Source: Entomortierella parvispora E1425 (lineage: Eukaryota > Fungi > Mortierellomycota). Taken from it: DNA of 64,000 nucleotides. Each line of letters begins with the position of its first letter. Positions within the stretch are counted from its first letter, which is position 1. Both the position numbers and the translations under genes were made by a program. This document shows positions 50,114 through 61,185 of this stretch, in pieces. The notes beneath the pieces are model-generated. The model ran no database searches and had not been told where the DNA came from. It saw only the letters and a list, made by a program, of their open reading frames with translations. The stretch spans positions 1,674,001 to 1,738,000 of the forward strand of contig BQFW01000006.1 of NCBI GenBank assembly GCA_020891255.1. Direction: 5' to 3'.

Positions 50114-51417
50114 ATGTCTGATTCCGACGACAGCAAACCTGCTCCTCCCCGCAAGGTCCAACCCAAACCCCGCAGACGAGTCGTGTCGAGGAATCGCTCA
50201 GACAACTCCATTGGCTCCTCACAGGACACTGACTCAACAGCAGCACAACCGCATGCGCGGCGGAGGATTGAGGATGACTTTTTCAGCAAGGCCAAGAACT
50301 TTCGGGACATTACAAAAGCGCAAGGTAAGAGCAGAGGAAGCAAACAGAGGCTGAACAAAGTGTATCTTGTCTGCACTTCAGATCTGCGCCTATGCATCGA
50401 CTTTTTACTAAAGCTACACACCTGGAAACGCTTTAGAAACAATATACATGAAGGAAAGCGAACCAGAGATTCAGGAGAGTCAGCTTCCGGAGCTGGAGCC
50501 CATTGCGATAACCGACGTGATACCCGTCTTTGACTTTGAAGATGAGGCATTGTAAGGCAATCAAGAAGCAATTGATTGAGCCTTAGAACCATTGCAAAAG
50601 ATTTGCTAAACCCAATTTCCGAATTCACTTCTCTAGAGCGCGCGATGCAGCAAAGAAGGATACTGAGGAAAAAGAAGCATCTCCAGAGATGAAACGGAAA
50701 CGGGAATTGTCATTGACACCGCCACCCGATATGCCAACACGGCGGCCAGTGCCTACAACTGCGTATGAACCAAGCTTGTGGAAGACCGCTGATCGACGTG
50801 GATTAAGGAACTAGGATTACAATATACTGACATTGTTTCAATCTTGTAGATATCGTGCCGTGATACCTCAGCCGGCTCAGCAGACGTATGATCTATTGGA
50901 CGACGATGATGATGTTGAGGAATTGGATCCGGATCTCATCTCTATCGCGGCAAAAGTCACAACGGAATCCCAGATGTCAGTCTCATCACAGGACCTATCT
51001 TCGACAAGCCAAACCTCAGCAGGATCACTTTCTCAACAACCAACTATATCCACATTGTCCGTAGAATCCAACTCTACCGTCCCTGCCAAAGCGATGCACT
51101 CAACTCCTCCCTTGTCTCTAGCTACCCCATCGATACCCACTAATATGCAAGATGGAGGCGGATCCTCTCTCTCATCGCCGACAATTGCATCACCCTCTGC
51201 AGCTGCTCCAGAAGATGACCGAGTGATCAATATTCTTCTTCGCACACAGAGACACCCTCTTTTACATGTTCCCCCAGAACTGGCCGCCTACTTTGCAGAA
51301 GTGGAGAAAGACGTCAAGGTCACGCTTAAAGCGGTATGTGTCAATGGTCTTTTTGCTGGTTTATTGTCTGTTTCCATCTTGCCTTACTCGAAAGTTACTT
51401 TTCTTTTCTTTTCTTTT

Positions 51418-51448
<31 letters not shown>

Positions 51449-52153
51449 GATAACTGACATTCTACTTGCAATATTCTTTACAAAATAGAGCCAAAGCTTT
51501 AGACATATGATGGAGTTTTACTGTCAGATGAAGAACCTCGATCTTTCCAAACTGGTATTCTCATTTAAAGGATCAAGAGTGCTCCCACGCTCAACACCAA
51601 ACAACGTAGAGTGTCCCAGATTCACGGTCATTGATGTGTATACGCTCGAAGGCTACAAGTATATGAAGGAACTTGAGGCGGCGCAGTTGGAGAAGCAAGC
51701 TGAAGAAACTCGACTGGCACACGAAGCAAAGATGAGGGCAGAGGCGGCAGAGGCTGCCGCTGCAGAAAGGGCTAGGAGACGAGCCGAGCGAGGAGATGAT
51801 GATGATGATGAAGAGGAGGAGGACCAAAGCGAGTATGTGATGTTTAAGATTCGTGGCAAGGATACAGCGGACCAAAAGATCCGGGCCAAGAAGGTACAGT
51901 TGATTTTTTTTTTTTTTTTTTTTTTAATTTCTTTTGAAAGGGAAAGTGATATTGACACGACTCTTGCTTTCAATCTGTGATGTGATAGACGACGACCGTG
52001 GCTTCAATTATCAACCATTACAAACGACTAAGAGAGCTTGACCCAGAGACGGTGGTGAAGCTCGAATTTGACGACGAGGCTATAGACCCGTCCAAGATGC
52101 TCGGAGAAACAGAAATTGAAGATGACGACATGCTCACGGCCCGCATTGGATGA
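50114..52153 (+). CDS. Esc2/Rad60/NFATC2IP-like protein with two C-terminal SUMO-like domains
   Basis: DDFFSKA motif; SLD1 (MMEFYCQMKNLDLSKLVFSFKGSRVLPRSTP); SLD2 (YVMFKIRGKD...KIRAKK|TTTVASIINHYK...KLEFDDEAIDP...TEIEDDDML); TGA at 52151-52153. Confidence 0.85.
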
Positions 52154-53083
52154 TACCCAACATTGAGGGAGGGAATTCAATAAAGTGTTCCTCCCAGTCA
52201 ATCGGTCATATCATGCATACCATACATAACAAACAAACAAAAATGAGGAGACGGGACCTTTGGACGCGAAGAAGGGGCAAGGGAGGGCCTGGAGTATTCC
52301 AGGGACCATATTCTTTTTTGATTTATTTGCAAAGAAGAAGAGAAGATAATTTACAAAAGTGAATGAGGGGAATCTGCAAACGAAAATGAAAAGAGAAAGG
52401 AAAAAAAAAGCAAAAAGAATAGGATTGAATAAGCACGAGGACTTTCTTTTTTTTTTTTTTTTTTGGTGGTGCATGTAGCTGATTTTTTCTTTTTTTGTTT
52501 GTTTGGTGGAGGAAGGATGGATGGGGATGGGGTGGGGTGGTTATCAAGGAATATGGTTGGGGAGTTTTTTTTTTTTTTTTTTTTTTTTTTGGTGAGAAAA
52601 GGATATGAACATATGGACAATGGGATGGTGAGAAAAGGGGAGGGGCAAATGAAAATGAAAAAAGCTGCAAGCAAATGAGAGTAAAGCGAGGCAAGTGACA
52701 GGGAGAGGCCAGAGGAAACCAAGACCAAGAAATTGCAATTGCGCGGGTGGGGCAATGTGCAGAAGGGTGCGGAGGACAGAGGCGGGGGGAGAGGAGGAGG
52801 GGGTATCAGGCGCAAGAAAGGAAAGGCAACAACCTCGTCGTTTCTCGCGCGTCCTCTCCTCCCCCCTTGGGGTCGCTTTCTCCGTGGTGGTGATGGGTGG
52901 CGGTGGGTCAGAGAGCCTGAGACACTTCATGCATTTTGCAACTGGGTATCCGTGAAAAAAAAATGACCAAAAAAAAAAAAAAAAAAAAAGGAAAGAGAGA
53001 ACTGGGTGCATCCCTTCTTGTGGATCGCCCTCAACTCCTTTCGGTAGAAATGACGGCAATGCCGTGCTGTGCTGTGCTGTGAC

Positions 53084-55751
53084 CTACTGGCGCCCATCCT
53101 CCATCGCCACCATGCCCGATGCTGTCTTACGCCCAACGGCCACGTGACAGACTTGGTAACTCTTCAGAGTCCGGGTTTCCTGTTGAGCGCGTTCCAACAG
53201 ATCATCAAACTCGCTTCCAGACAACATGGCCTGTCGCATCAACCAGGGTCGGACTGTTAGAGCAAAACGCCAACAGAGAAGCTCGGCTGTGAGACCGATG
53301 CGACCGCCATGGATGCCCACGGGCATGTTGACACTCGAGCGATGAGTGACCTCCATCCCAGGCATGGTCTTGAGGATCCCAGCAAGATTCAAGGCCAAGG
53401 AGGTATCGATCCCGAGTTTGTCGAATCCAATCAAGGTCCAATAACTGGGCCAGCAGCTATCCACACCGGAATCACGCAATCGCAAGTCCAGTTCGACCAG
53501 CTCCATGTAACCATCCACCTTGAGTACCCGAACGAGCTCTCGCAAAAAGGCCAGGTATTTCGTCTTGTTGACATTGGGCAAAAATCGTCGAACATGGATA
53601 TAATCGACGGAATTCGACACAAATGGCACCTTGAGCGAGTTGTCGTCCAGGTTGTAAAAGAACAGATTGTCGAGGTCAAAGGAAGGGGTCGATTCTGGTA
53701 CTGGAGGCAACGACGAGATCTGACTGACATTGATCGCGTGAATAGCCGATTGGGGGTGAGCTAGAGCCATCTCTGTGGCCCATTGAGAGTTGCCGCAACC
53801 TACAGACAAGATGACCAGGGACCGCTCGTTGTGTTTAGAGTGGGAGGCAGTGGGTATCGTAGAGGGGCCAGTGGCTTGGGAGGCTTGGCAAGGCTGCGAG
53901 TCAATAGTGGCCATAGAATCAATCGAAGATGACACCAATGGCATGTCCATGCTGTTATCGTGGTGGTGGTCACGATGCGAGTGGCTGCGGCGATGGTGTG
54001 GATTGTGGAGCCGTGGGAGGCGCTCTATCTCGATATCGATCTCGGCCATATGCTCATCCTGTGAGGCGGATGAGGGCAGTGGTGAGAAATCGAGCGGGGC
54101 AGAGTAGTTCTGGCCTTTGAAGAGGGCACGAGTAATGTGCTGCTCGACGGTGTAGCTGTGAGGGAAAACAACGACAAAAAGAAAAAATCCAGGGTCAGTT
54201 TCACATTCAACGGGATAACAATTAAACCAGTCCCCTGCTCCCCTCGCCCAGTTCCCTGTTGAAAAATGAAATGAATTAAAAGAGTGCACGCGCGCACGCG
54301 CGTGGCGCACCCCGTGTGACCTGTGTCTCCTGCCAATGCCCGTTGTTGTGTCAGTCAGCTTGTTGCGCCACAGTCAGTCAATCAGAGTGACCCAGCCAGC
54401 GCAGCCTGGTGTCAGGCTTGCTTTTTGTCCACCTGGCCCCTGCCCCAGTCAGAGCTACCCCGCATCCGACGCACCAGTCGTCGGTAAGATCGACAAAGCT
54501 TCTTTTCCCATCCTAGCTCAATTGTTTGTTCCAGTTTCAGCTGAATCCACCACGCGTCTTGTGTTTGTGTTATTGTTGTTTAGGTGGTTGACTGTTGAGG
54601 TCGCTACAGCGTGCTTTGTTGCACCATGTGCGGTCATTTTTTTTTCTTTTGGGAGTGTGGGTGTGTGTGGTTGCAATTTTTTTTTTTTTTTGCTGTGTGA
54701 GAAAAAAGAAAATATCAGAGTGAACTTGCCTGTCCATAGTGTCCCAAGGTCCACCATCGTACTCCAGACCTTCTGGAATATCGTCGGACCAATCCTGTTC
54801 TCCGGACCATCGTCCAAGGTTGCCCCATTCCGAGACAGGGAGCCATGGCACGTCCAGTGTTGACGGAATAGAATCCAAAGTCATGTGGTGTTCCAGTGGT
54901 GGCCGATGATGGAAATCATGTTGATGTTGCAGCTCAAGTTGTTGCTGCTGTTGAAGCAGATGATAGGATGAGGATTGTTCTTGTTCTATTTGTTGTTGAG
55001 GATCATGTTGAGGACGATCTTCTTGCTGTCTTTGTTCCTGATCGATCCGCGTGCAACTGTCGATTATCGGTGAAGACGAACTTGAATTCAAGACGGATGA
55101 AGGTGCCGACGAGGTTTTGGAGGATGATAAAGACGAGAGCGTGGTCGGGGTCAGGAGAGCGTGTGGGGGAAGAAGGTTACGCTTCATAAACGTGGCCAGC
55201 TTTTGTTCTTGGATCGGGTGATAGTCCTGTATTGATGCTGCCACTGGACTCGTTGGCGCTTGCAGTGGGGGCGATCGAGAGTACCGGGGTGAAAGCGAAT
55301 AACTAGGGGGGCCTTGATCTCTTCCTCCACACCCCACTGGCGTGGTCGGCGTTGCGGTTGCAGTTAATCCAGGCGTTGTCGCGGCTGTGGTGGGTGTGGT
55401 CGAGAGCGAGTTGAGGTTGGAGTTTGGATTGGAATCCGAAAGATATTGGTATGTCTGCCAGGAACAGTGGGTCATGTCCAGGTTCTGAAGGTTTTGAAGG
55501 TTCTGAAAGAGCTCTGTGTGGTTCAAGGCCCTTGGGGCCATGGCTCGCTTTCCTCGAAAGAAGCCAATGGAACCACGCCGTCCTGGTAGCACGGGTGCAC
55601 CTTCGTCTGAGATGGGGAATATCTCTTTGCGCTCTGAATCCTTCATGTTGTGCCGGCGGGGGATGGTGGGTGGGAGAGAGATGGTCGACATATTGCGTAG
55701 TTTGCCCTGGGCCAATGGCTCTGTGGACGTGGAAGAAGGCAGGTTGCCCAT
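53084..55751 (-). CDS. LaeA-like class I SAM-dependent methyltransferase-fold protein with long disordered N-terminus (one GC-AG intron 54729-54156)
   Basis: EQHITRALFKGQNYSAPL, ILSVGCGNSQWATEMALAHPQS, PFVSNSVDYIHVR, RELVRVLKVDGYMELVE, MPVGIHGGRIG. Exon 1 begins MGNLPS and joins exon 2 in frame only through AG|GCAAGT. Confidence 0.8.
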
Positions 55752-56509
55752 TCGTGAGAACGAGCACAGGAAATGAATGGTGGTAGAAATTGGGAGGGTT
55801 GGGGAGAGGGTGTGAAGGGTGTGGGGCGCGGTGGCAAGGATGCACAATCAGAGGCAAGGCACGAAGTCTGTGAACGAGAATGGAGACGACGGTTGGAGTG
55901 AAGAGAAGGAAAAGGACGGGGCGAAGGGGGGGTGTGGTGGGGGAAAGGGAACCGGCAATGAGAATGAGGAAGGATGCAAGAAGGGAGGGAGTGAGATGCA
56001 GAGGAGGAAGAGAAAGTATTGAGGTGAAGAGAGAGGAAGAAGAGAGAGAAAAAGAGGACTCCCGAGGCAGAGAGAGAGAGAGAGAGGATGAAGAGGGAAG
56101 AAGGAAGAAAAGAGAGAGAAGAAAGAATGAGAGAGTGTAAGAGGGATATGGTTGTTGATTGCTGCTCGTTTCGAATCCCTTTTTTGTTCGTTTGGTTCAA
56201 GGAGAGAGGGAGAAGGGGGGGTGGAGCGAGTGAGTGCGAGAGAGAAGGTGGGCAAGATGGGGGAGAGTGCAGCAGTGCAGTTCAAAGAAAATGTGAGAGG
56301 GGGTGGTGAAGAAAGAACGAGAGAAGACGAGGGGGGGCGAACGAAGAGAAAGAGAGAAGAAAAGATATGGAAGAGTCAAGAGTGAAGAAAAGAGAAAAGG
56401 GAACAATCAATGGTATCAAGAGGGAGAGAATGAAAGGGAGATTTTTGTTTGCTGTTGGGGATATTTGTGTAGTGTCGCTGTTGTGTCCAGAAGGTGCAGA
56501 TCTGTATCG

Positions 56510-56537
56510 ATGAATGAATGAATGAATGAATGAATGA
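56510..56537. repeat. (ATGA)7 microsatellite
   Basis: Direct reading. Confidence 0.9.
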
Positions 56538-56919
56538 ACGAAGGATAGACAGAACAAGAACAAAAGAAAAAGAAGCGTCGAGGTTTTTTGTTAGTTCGTT
56601 TGCTCCAAAGCAGCATGTGGCAGACAATACACAACCACCTCCCTCTTTCAGTTGTCTCTTTCTCTCTCTTCCTGCCATGACCATCAATCGACCGGTCCAT
56701 GGAACCTTTTCTCGCCCTCTCTCTCCCCTCCCTCGTTTTCTCCTCCACGGACGAACCTTGACTGGGATGTTTGTTGACCCTGACTGACGATGACGGTCCC
56801 TGTTTGGCTGTTAATCTCGTGGTGATAGTGCAATGGGGGGGGGAGGGCAAGGTCAGGCTTTGTTTTTTGTTTCTTTTTTTTTTGAGTTTTACTTCTTTGC
56901 TGTTGTTGTTGTGCGTGAG

Positions 56920-56926
<7 letters not shown>

Positions 56927-56964
<38 letters not shown>
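56927..56964. repeat. (GT)19 microsatellite
   Basis: Direct reading. Confidence 0.95.
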
Positions 56965-56967
<3 letters not shown>

Positions 56968-58699
56968 AATGTCTTGCTGATGTTGCTTTTACAAACGATG
57001 GAGAGAATGCTGGATGAGAGGAATCGACAAGGAATCCAACAAGAAAGAGAATGGAGTCAGGAAGACAGGAACTCAGAACAACAGGTAGTATCTTCTACCA
57101 TTGACCCAAAGGACGGCTCCGATGCTCTTGCTCTTCAAGCCGCTCGTATTATATCTTTTTCGAGAACATTGACAAGTCGAAATGAACTCTTCGAGCAAAA
57201 CTGCGCGAGCAACCACAGCTCGCCCACTTACCCTTTGGCTTTTCTTTGCCTTCCCTTTTGCTACTGTTCACAACCACAGCATCCCATCCACGTTCATCGC
57301 CCATACAATAATAAATATAAAAAAAACGGAGATGGGATTCAATTGGTTTTTTTTTTTTGTTTACCTTGACCGAACGTTGCAGCTGGTGTTGCTGTTGGGG
57401 GGAAAGAAATCCAAAGTGAAAAACACACCATCCCAAATGTGCTGACGGGATTCTTCACAACTTGCGTTTTTCATACAACCCAAAAAAAGACGGAACTTGA
57501 CACGACGAAATGAGCACCTTTGAAATCAAACACACACAAACATGAGCCAAAGGGTTACGGTGCAGGAGCCATGGCCACTCTTTTAAAATAAAATAAAAAA
57601 AAGCCCGTTCGTTCATCGTGTTCGTGTGCGTTTCCTCGAGAGCCTTCTTTTTTCTTCCCTCTGTCTCTATCTCTCTTATTTTCTCTATCTCTTTGCACCC
57701 TCCAATTTTACGCGTCTCCATCATATAGGTCTAAATGTACCCTCTCCTCCTCCTCTTCCTCTTCCTCCAACATGCATGCAACGCCTCCTGCTCCCACACA
57801 TGCTTCCTAAAACAACAAGAAAAAAAATAAACAAAGTGCATGACAAAGACATAGGCTGCTGAGTAGAGGAAGAACCGACATTTCGACGATAGGAAACGAC
57901 TTCGTTTTTTTTCTGCTCACCTCACGCGCACATTTCTCCCCCTCTTGTGCTCATGAGGATCAATCAGAACGCGTAACAACGAAATACCTTCCAATTGCAA
58001 ATCATCGACAAGGGTCCACCCCTTCATGGGTTGAATGGAACTACTTGTGGTGTGGGATCCTACAGTAGACACGTTTTTTAATACATTCCCCCCTTGGTAT
58101 ACCGGGTTAGAATGAGTCAACGCGCGCACCCAACACCAAACTCCCTACTCCTAATTAACTGCCACAGGAGAGTAAGGGCTCAAAAAGAATCCTTAGGCAG
58201 AAACACATACAAGAAAACCCAGGGAGGGTCGCGCCCTCGGTGTTTCTGCTCAAGGTAAGCCCAAATCGATGTTTATGCAAAAAAATGACCATCTCCTGGC
58301 AGGGATTCTTCGGTGCATCCTGCTTACCCATACTTCGAAAACTGCACCCACCACCTGAACACCAAATCGAACTCTTTTTTTTTAAGAGGGGAGAGAATCA
58401 GAGCGATGGGCTACCCAAAAAAGGGGTGAAGCTGGGAAACAAAAAAGAAAGAGAAAAAGGAGAGGGACAGTTGAACGAGCCAACAGACCTTTTTTCGTTT
58501 TGTTGCACCCTTGCTCACAACGCGACGGCCATCATGTCGTGTTCACTTTTGCATCATCGTTTGAGGCTCGCGTCAGCTTACCCCGTGCGCTCAATGCTGT
58601 CTACAATGTAGCCTAGGCTAAAAAGCACGTCAGCGATCATCCGTAGTCGGGTCCATGATTTTTTGGACGAACCGTCCGCCTGCTGGTTGCAAATGAGGG

Positions 58700-58743
58700 C
58701 ACGTGATCTAACATGTGATCGTCATAAATTTATGGTCACGTGA
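58700..58743. promoter_or_regulatory. Cluster of three E-box/Cbf1-like RTCACRTG sites around a 12-bp palindrome
   Basis: CACGTGAT (58700), CATGTGAT (58712), GTCACGTGAT (58735), and CATAAATTTATG (58723-58734). Confidence 0.35.
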
Positions 58744-58810
58744 TATCGTTATGGTCCGTATATAGCTGATTTCCGGAAACAGTTAAACATCCGCCTAACA
58801 AGCACAGATT

Positions 58811-58883
58811 GCTTTCTTAGCTCAGTTGGCAGAGCGTCAGTCTCATAATCTGAAGGTCGACAGTTCGAACCTGCCAGAGAGCA
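58811..58883 (+). tRNA. tRNA-Met (elongator), anticodon CAT, intronless
   Basis: Cloverleaf: acceptor GCTTTCT/AGAGAGC, D arm GCTC/GAGC, anticodon arm TCAGT-CTCATAA-TCTGA with the U31-U39 pair typical of elongator Met, TTCGAAC loop, discriminator A, T-run downstream. No A1-U72 pair, so not the initiator. Confidence 0.95.
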
Positions 58884-59014
58884 TTCACTTTTGCATTTTA
58901 TTGGTTTTCAAGATTTTTGTCATAATCCAGGACCAGGATGTCCCTTTTTTTTTTGGCACCCTGTCTCTGTTGCCGGAGAACCTATGTCCCTTTTATTTTT
59001 TGAACAAGGAACGT

Positions 59015-60094
59015 TTAGTATGGGAGAGGCTCCGTGAGCTTGTTCATTGCCCACGACATGATAAACCAATACGCTAGAATCGTCCCCACTGCGGCTTTCG
59101 CGATCCAATCTGATTGACCGTCCAACAGCACGTATCCAGTCAAGAACGATCCATGAACTGCACTGATTACGGTCGCCAAACCAATCCCAATCACTCGACC
59201 CCAGAAATAGGAGCGTGTTCTTGAAAGGTCCTCGTCTTCCTTGTCTAAAACAAACTCGGTCATAATCAACACGGCCAAAAACAGGATCCCAAGGAGGAAA
59301 ATGAGGAACGTCTGTGCTGAAATAAACATTATCGTGTGCACGCCAGCTAGGTTGTAACCTGGGGTGGTGGTTGCTTCCTCTGCTGCAGACTCCCCTTCCG
59401 CACCAAAGACCGTGTCCCTCGGTCCTTTCCTGTCACTGTCTCTGACTACAGCTATTTGGCCATCATCGTCACCTCTTTTTGATCTCCGGGAATTCGAGGA
59501 AACCCGTGGAATTGGTTTCTCGTTGTTGGATTGCTGCGTTGTTGGCATTTGGTCCTGGGATCTGACGACCTTTACCTCGTCCATCGAGGTTTCAGAAGGA
59601 TTTGATTGAATGGCGGCTATCTGCATCCTCTCGGCAGCCTCGTTCGGGATCTGTGCAGAGAGCGACATGGCCAGATGATGATTGGGATTGCCCGTGACAT
59701 TTGTATTCCGTTCAATGAGACTGCCATAGAGCTGGGATGGAGGTGGCAGGTGTGTCATGCGATTGTAGGTCGAGTTGTGAGGATTGTTCACAATATGGAC
59801 CATGAGTAGTTGAGCGGCCACGAGGCAACAAAGTCCCGAACCCGCCAACATGATGTAGATCCTGGCTCGTTGGACAGAGAGAGATATGGCTTCAAACCGG
59901 TCCAGATATCGATACGAAAAACAGAGGATTGGAAACATGGTCAAGGGTGGTACGAACGCCAAGAGGATGATGCTGACTGGCGTGAGGTCCAGAAATGGAG
60001 TTGAGATAGAGAGCAGGACACTGGTCAAGGCAAAAGGGATATAGCCCAGAGAGGCTATCGAGTGGAAAAGGCCATGGATGAGAGGATGTACCAT
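59015..60094 (-). CDS. Uncharacterised multi-pass membrane protein (3 TM + disordered loop + 3 TM), intronless
   Basis: 359-aa ORF with six hydrophobic segments and an ATG in good context (ACCATGG); no family recognised. Confidence 0.65.
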   Translation of the reverse strand: MVHPLIHGLFHSIASLGYIPFALTSVLLSISTPFLDLTPVSIILLAFVPPLTMFPILCFSYRYLDRFEAISLSVQRARIYIMLAGSGLCCLVAAQLLMVHIVNNPHNSTYNRMTHLPPPSQLYGSLIERNTNVTGNPNHHLAMSLSAQIPNEAAERMQIAAIQSNPSETSMDEVKVVRSQDQMPTTQQSNNEKPIPRVSSNSRRSKRGDDDGQIAVVRDSDRKGPRDTVFGAEGESAAEEATTTPGYNLAGVHTIMFISAQTFLIFLLGILFLAVLIMTEFVLDKEDEDLSRTRSYFWGRVIGIGLATVISAVHGSFLTGYVLLDGQSDWIAKAAVGTILAYWFIMSWAMNKLTEPLPY

Positions 60095-61185
60095 GGTTGA
60101 GCACGTGTGAGCAGGAGATGGGAGGGAAAGAGGAGAAAAGATTCAAACAGCTACCCTTTCTATCCTCATCACCCACTACCATTGCATTGATCTATCAGTC
60201 CGTAACAGGGTGGTGCTGGAATGTGGAGGCAATCTGACCCATGGATTGGGCAGACAAGGAATGAGAATAAAGGATGCGGCCAAGGGAGGGAGAGCATCCA
60301 GTTCGGGATACTTTGAATAGACGCCACTGCGACAATCTTTCATAGCATCTCTTCTCCCCCATGCAGGGTCCGTGTCCAGCCTTGTGCGGGAGACTTTGCA
60401 TCTGATGGAGAAGTCGAGATGAAGAGTGCACGGTGCTTTTTTTTTTATTTCATTTCCCTTGCATTTTTTTTTAACATACATCCTCGATGTGTGCGTCTGG
60501 TGTGTTTGATGGTCGTACGTCCATGCCGAATCTTTGTGCGCCAATCATCAAATCGAGGCTGACGACGCGTCCGCAAACAACCAGTTTGTATCCGTGGCTC
60601 TGTCCCGCCGCCTTCGTCAGCATCGCCCAAAGTCATTTCCGTTTGGACACAAAGAGCACCGTCCCTTCAATCTCTCTGTTGTTCCCCAAAGACTGGTGTC
60701 ACCATATCCATTGTCTTATTCACCAATTGCGCAACGAGAAAAAAGTGAAGGTGCAGTGGCACAAGTAGCTCCAGAACAACTCGAGGGCGGATGGGGTGCC
60801 TGTGGGACTAAATGAGAGCACTGTTTGCAATGGTGCAAAAAAAAAAAGAAAAAGGTAACTCTTCTCGACAACATCTTTTTTTGAGAGCACCATTGCGGCT
60901 GGGTGACGAGTTTTTATTTGGCACCTGCATTACATCGCCCTGACCCTCTTCCCCCGTGGTTCCTCAGTCCCCTCGTTTTTTTTTTCTCTTCCTTCCTTTC
61001 TTTCTTTTCCTTCCCTCATCTTCATATTCTTCATATTCGCCGCTGTTCATATCTCTCCACACTCCCAATTGTAGCTTAATTCACTCTCTGCACCGCATTG
61101 TATATTTCCTCCCTCTACTTTCTTGACATTCCTCATCTCTGCGCCTCACTTACTCTTGCCCACAACCTAATACGAATCCATCATC

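Noticed and set aside
52211-53059. ORFs with poly-Lys/poly-Phe stretches
   Set aside because: Translations of A/T homopolymers in the convergent 3' regions of Esc2 and the methyltransferase gene.
55643-57445. Multiple Leu/Ser/Phe- or Arg/Glu-rich ORFs
   Set aside because: They derive from GA/CT and GT repeats, with no domain content or consistent splice-joined frame.
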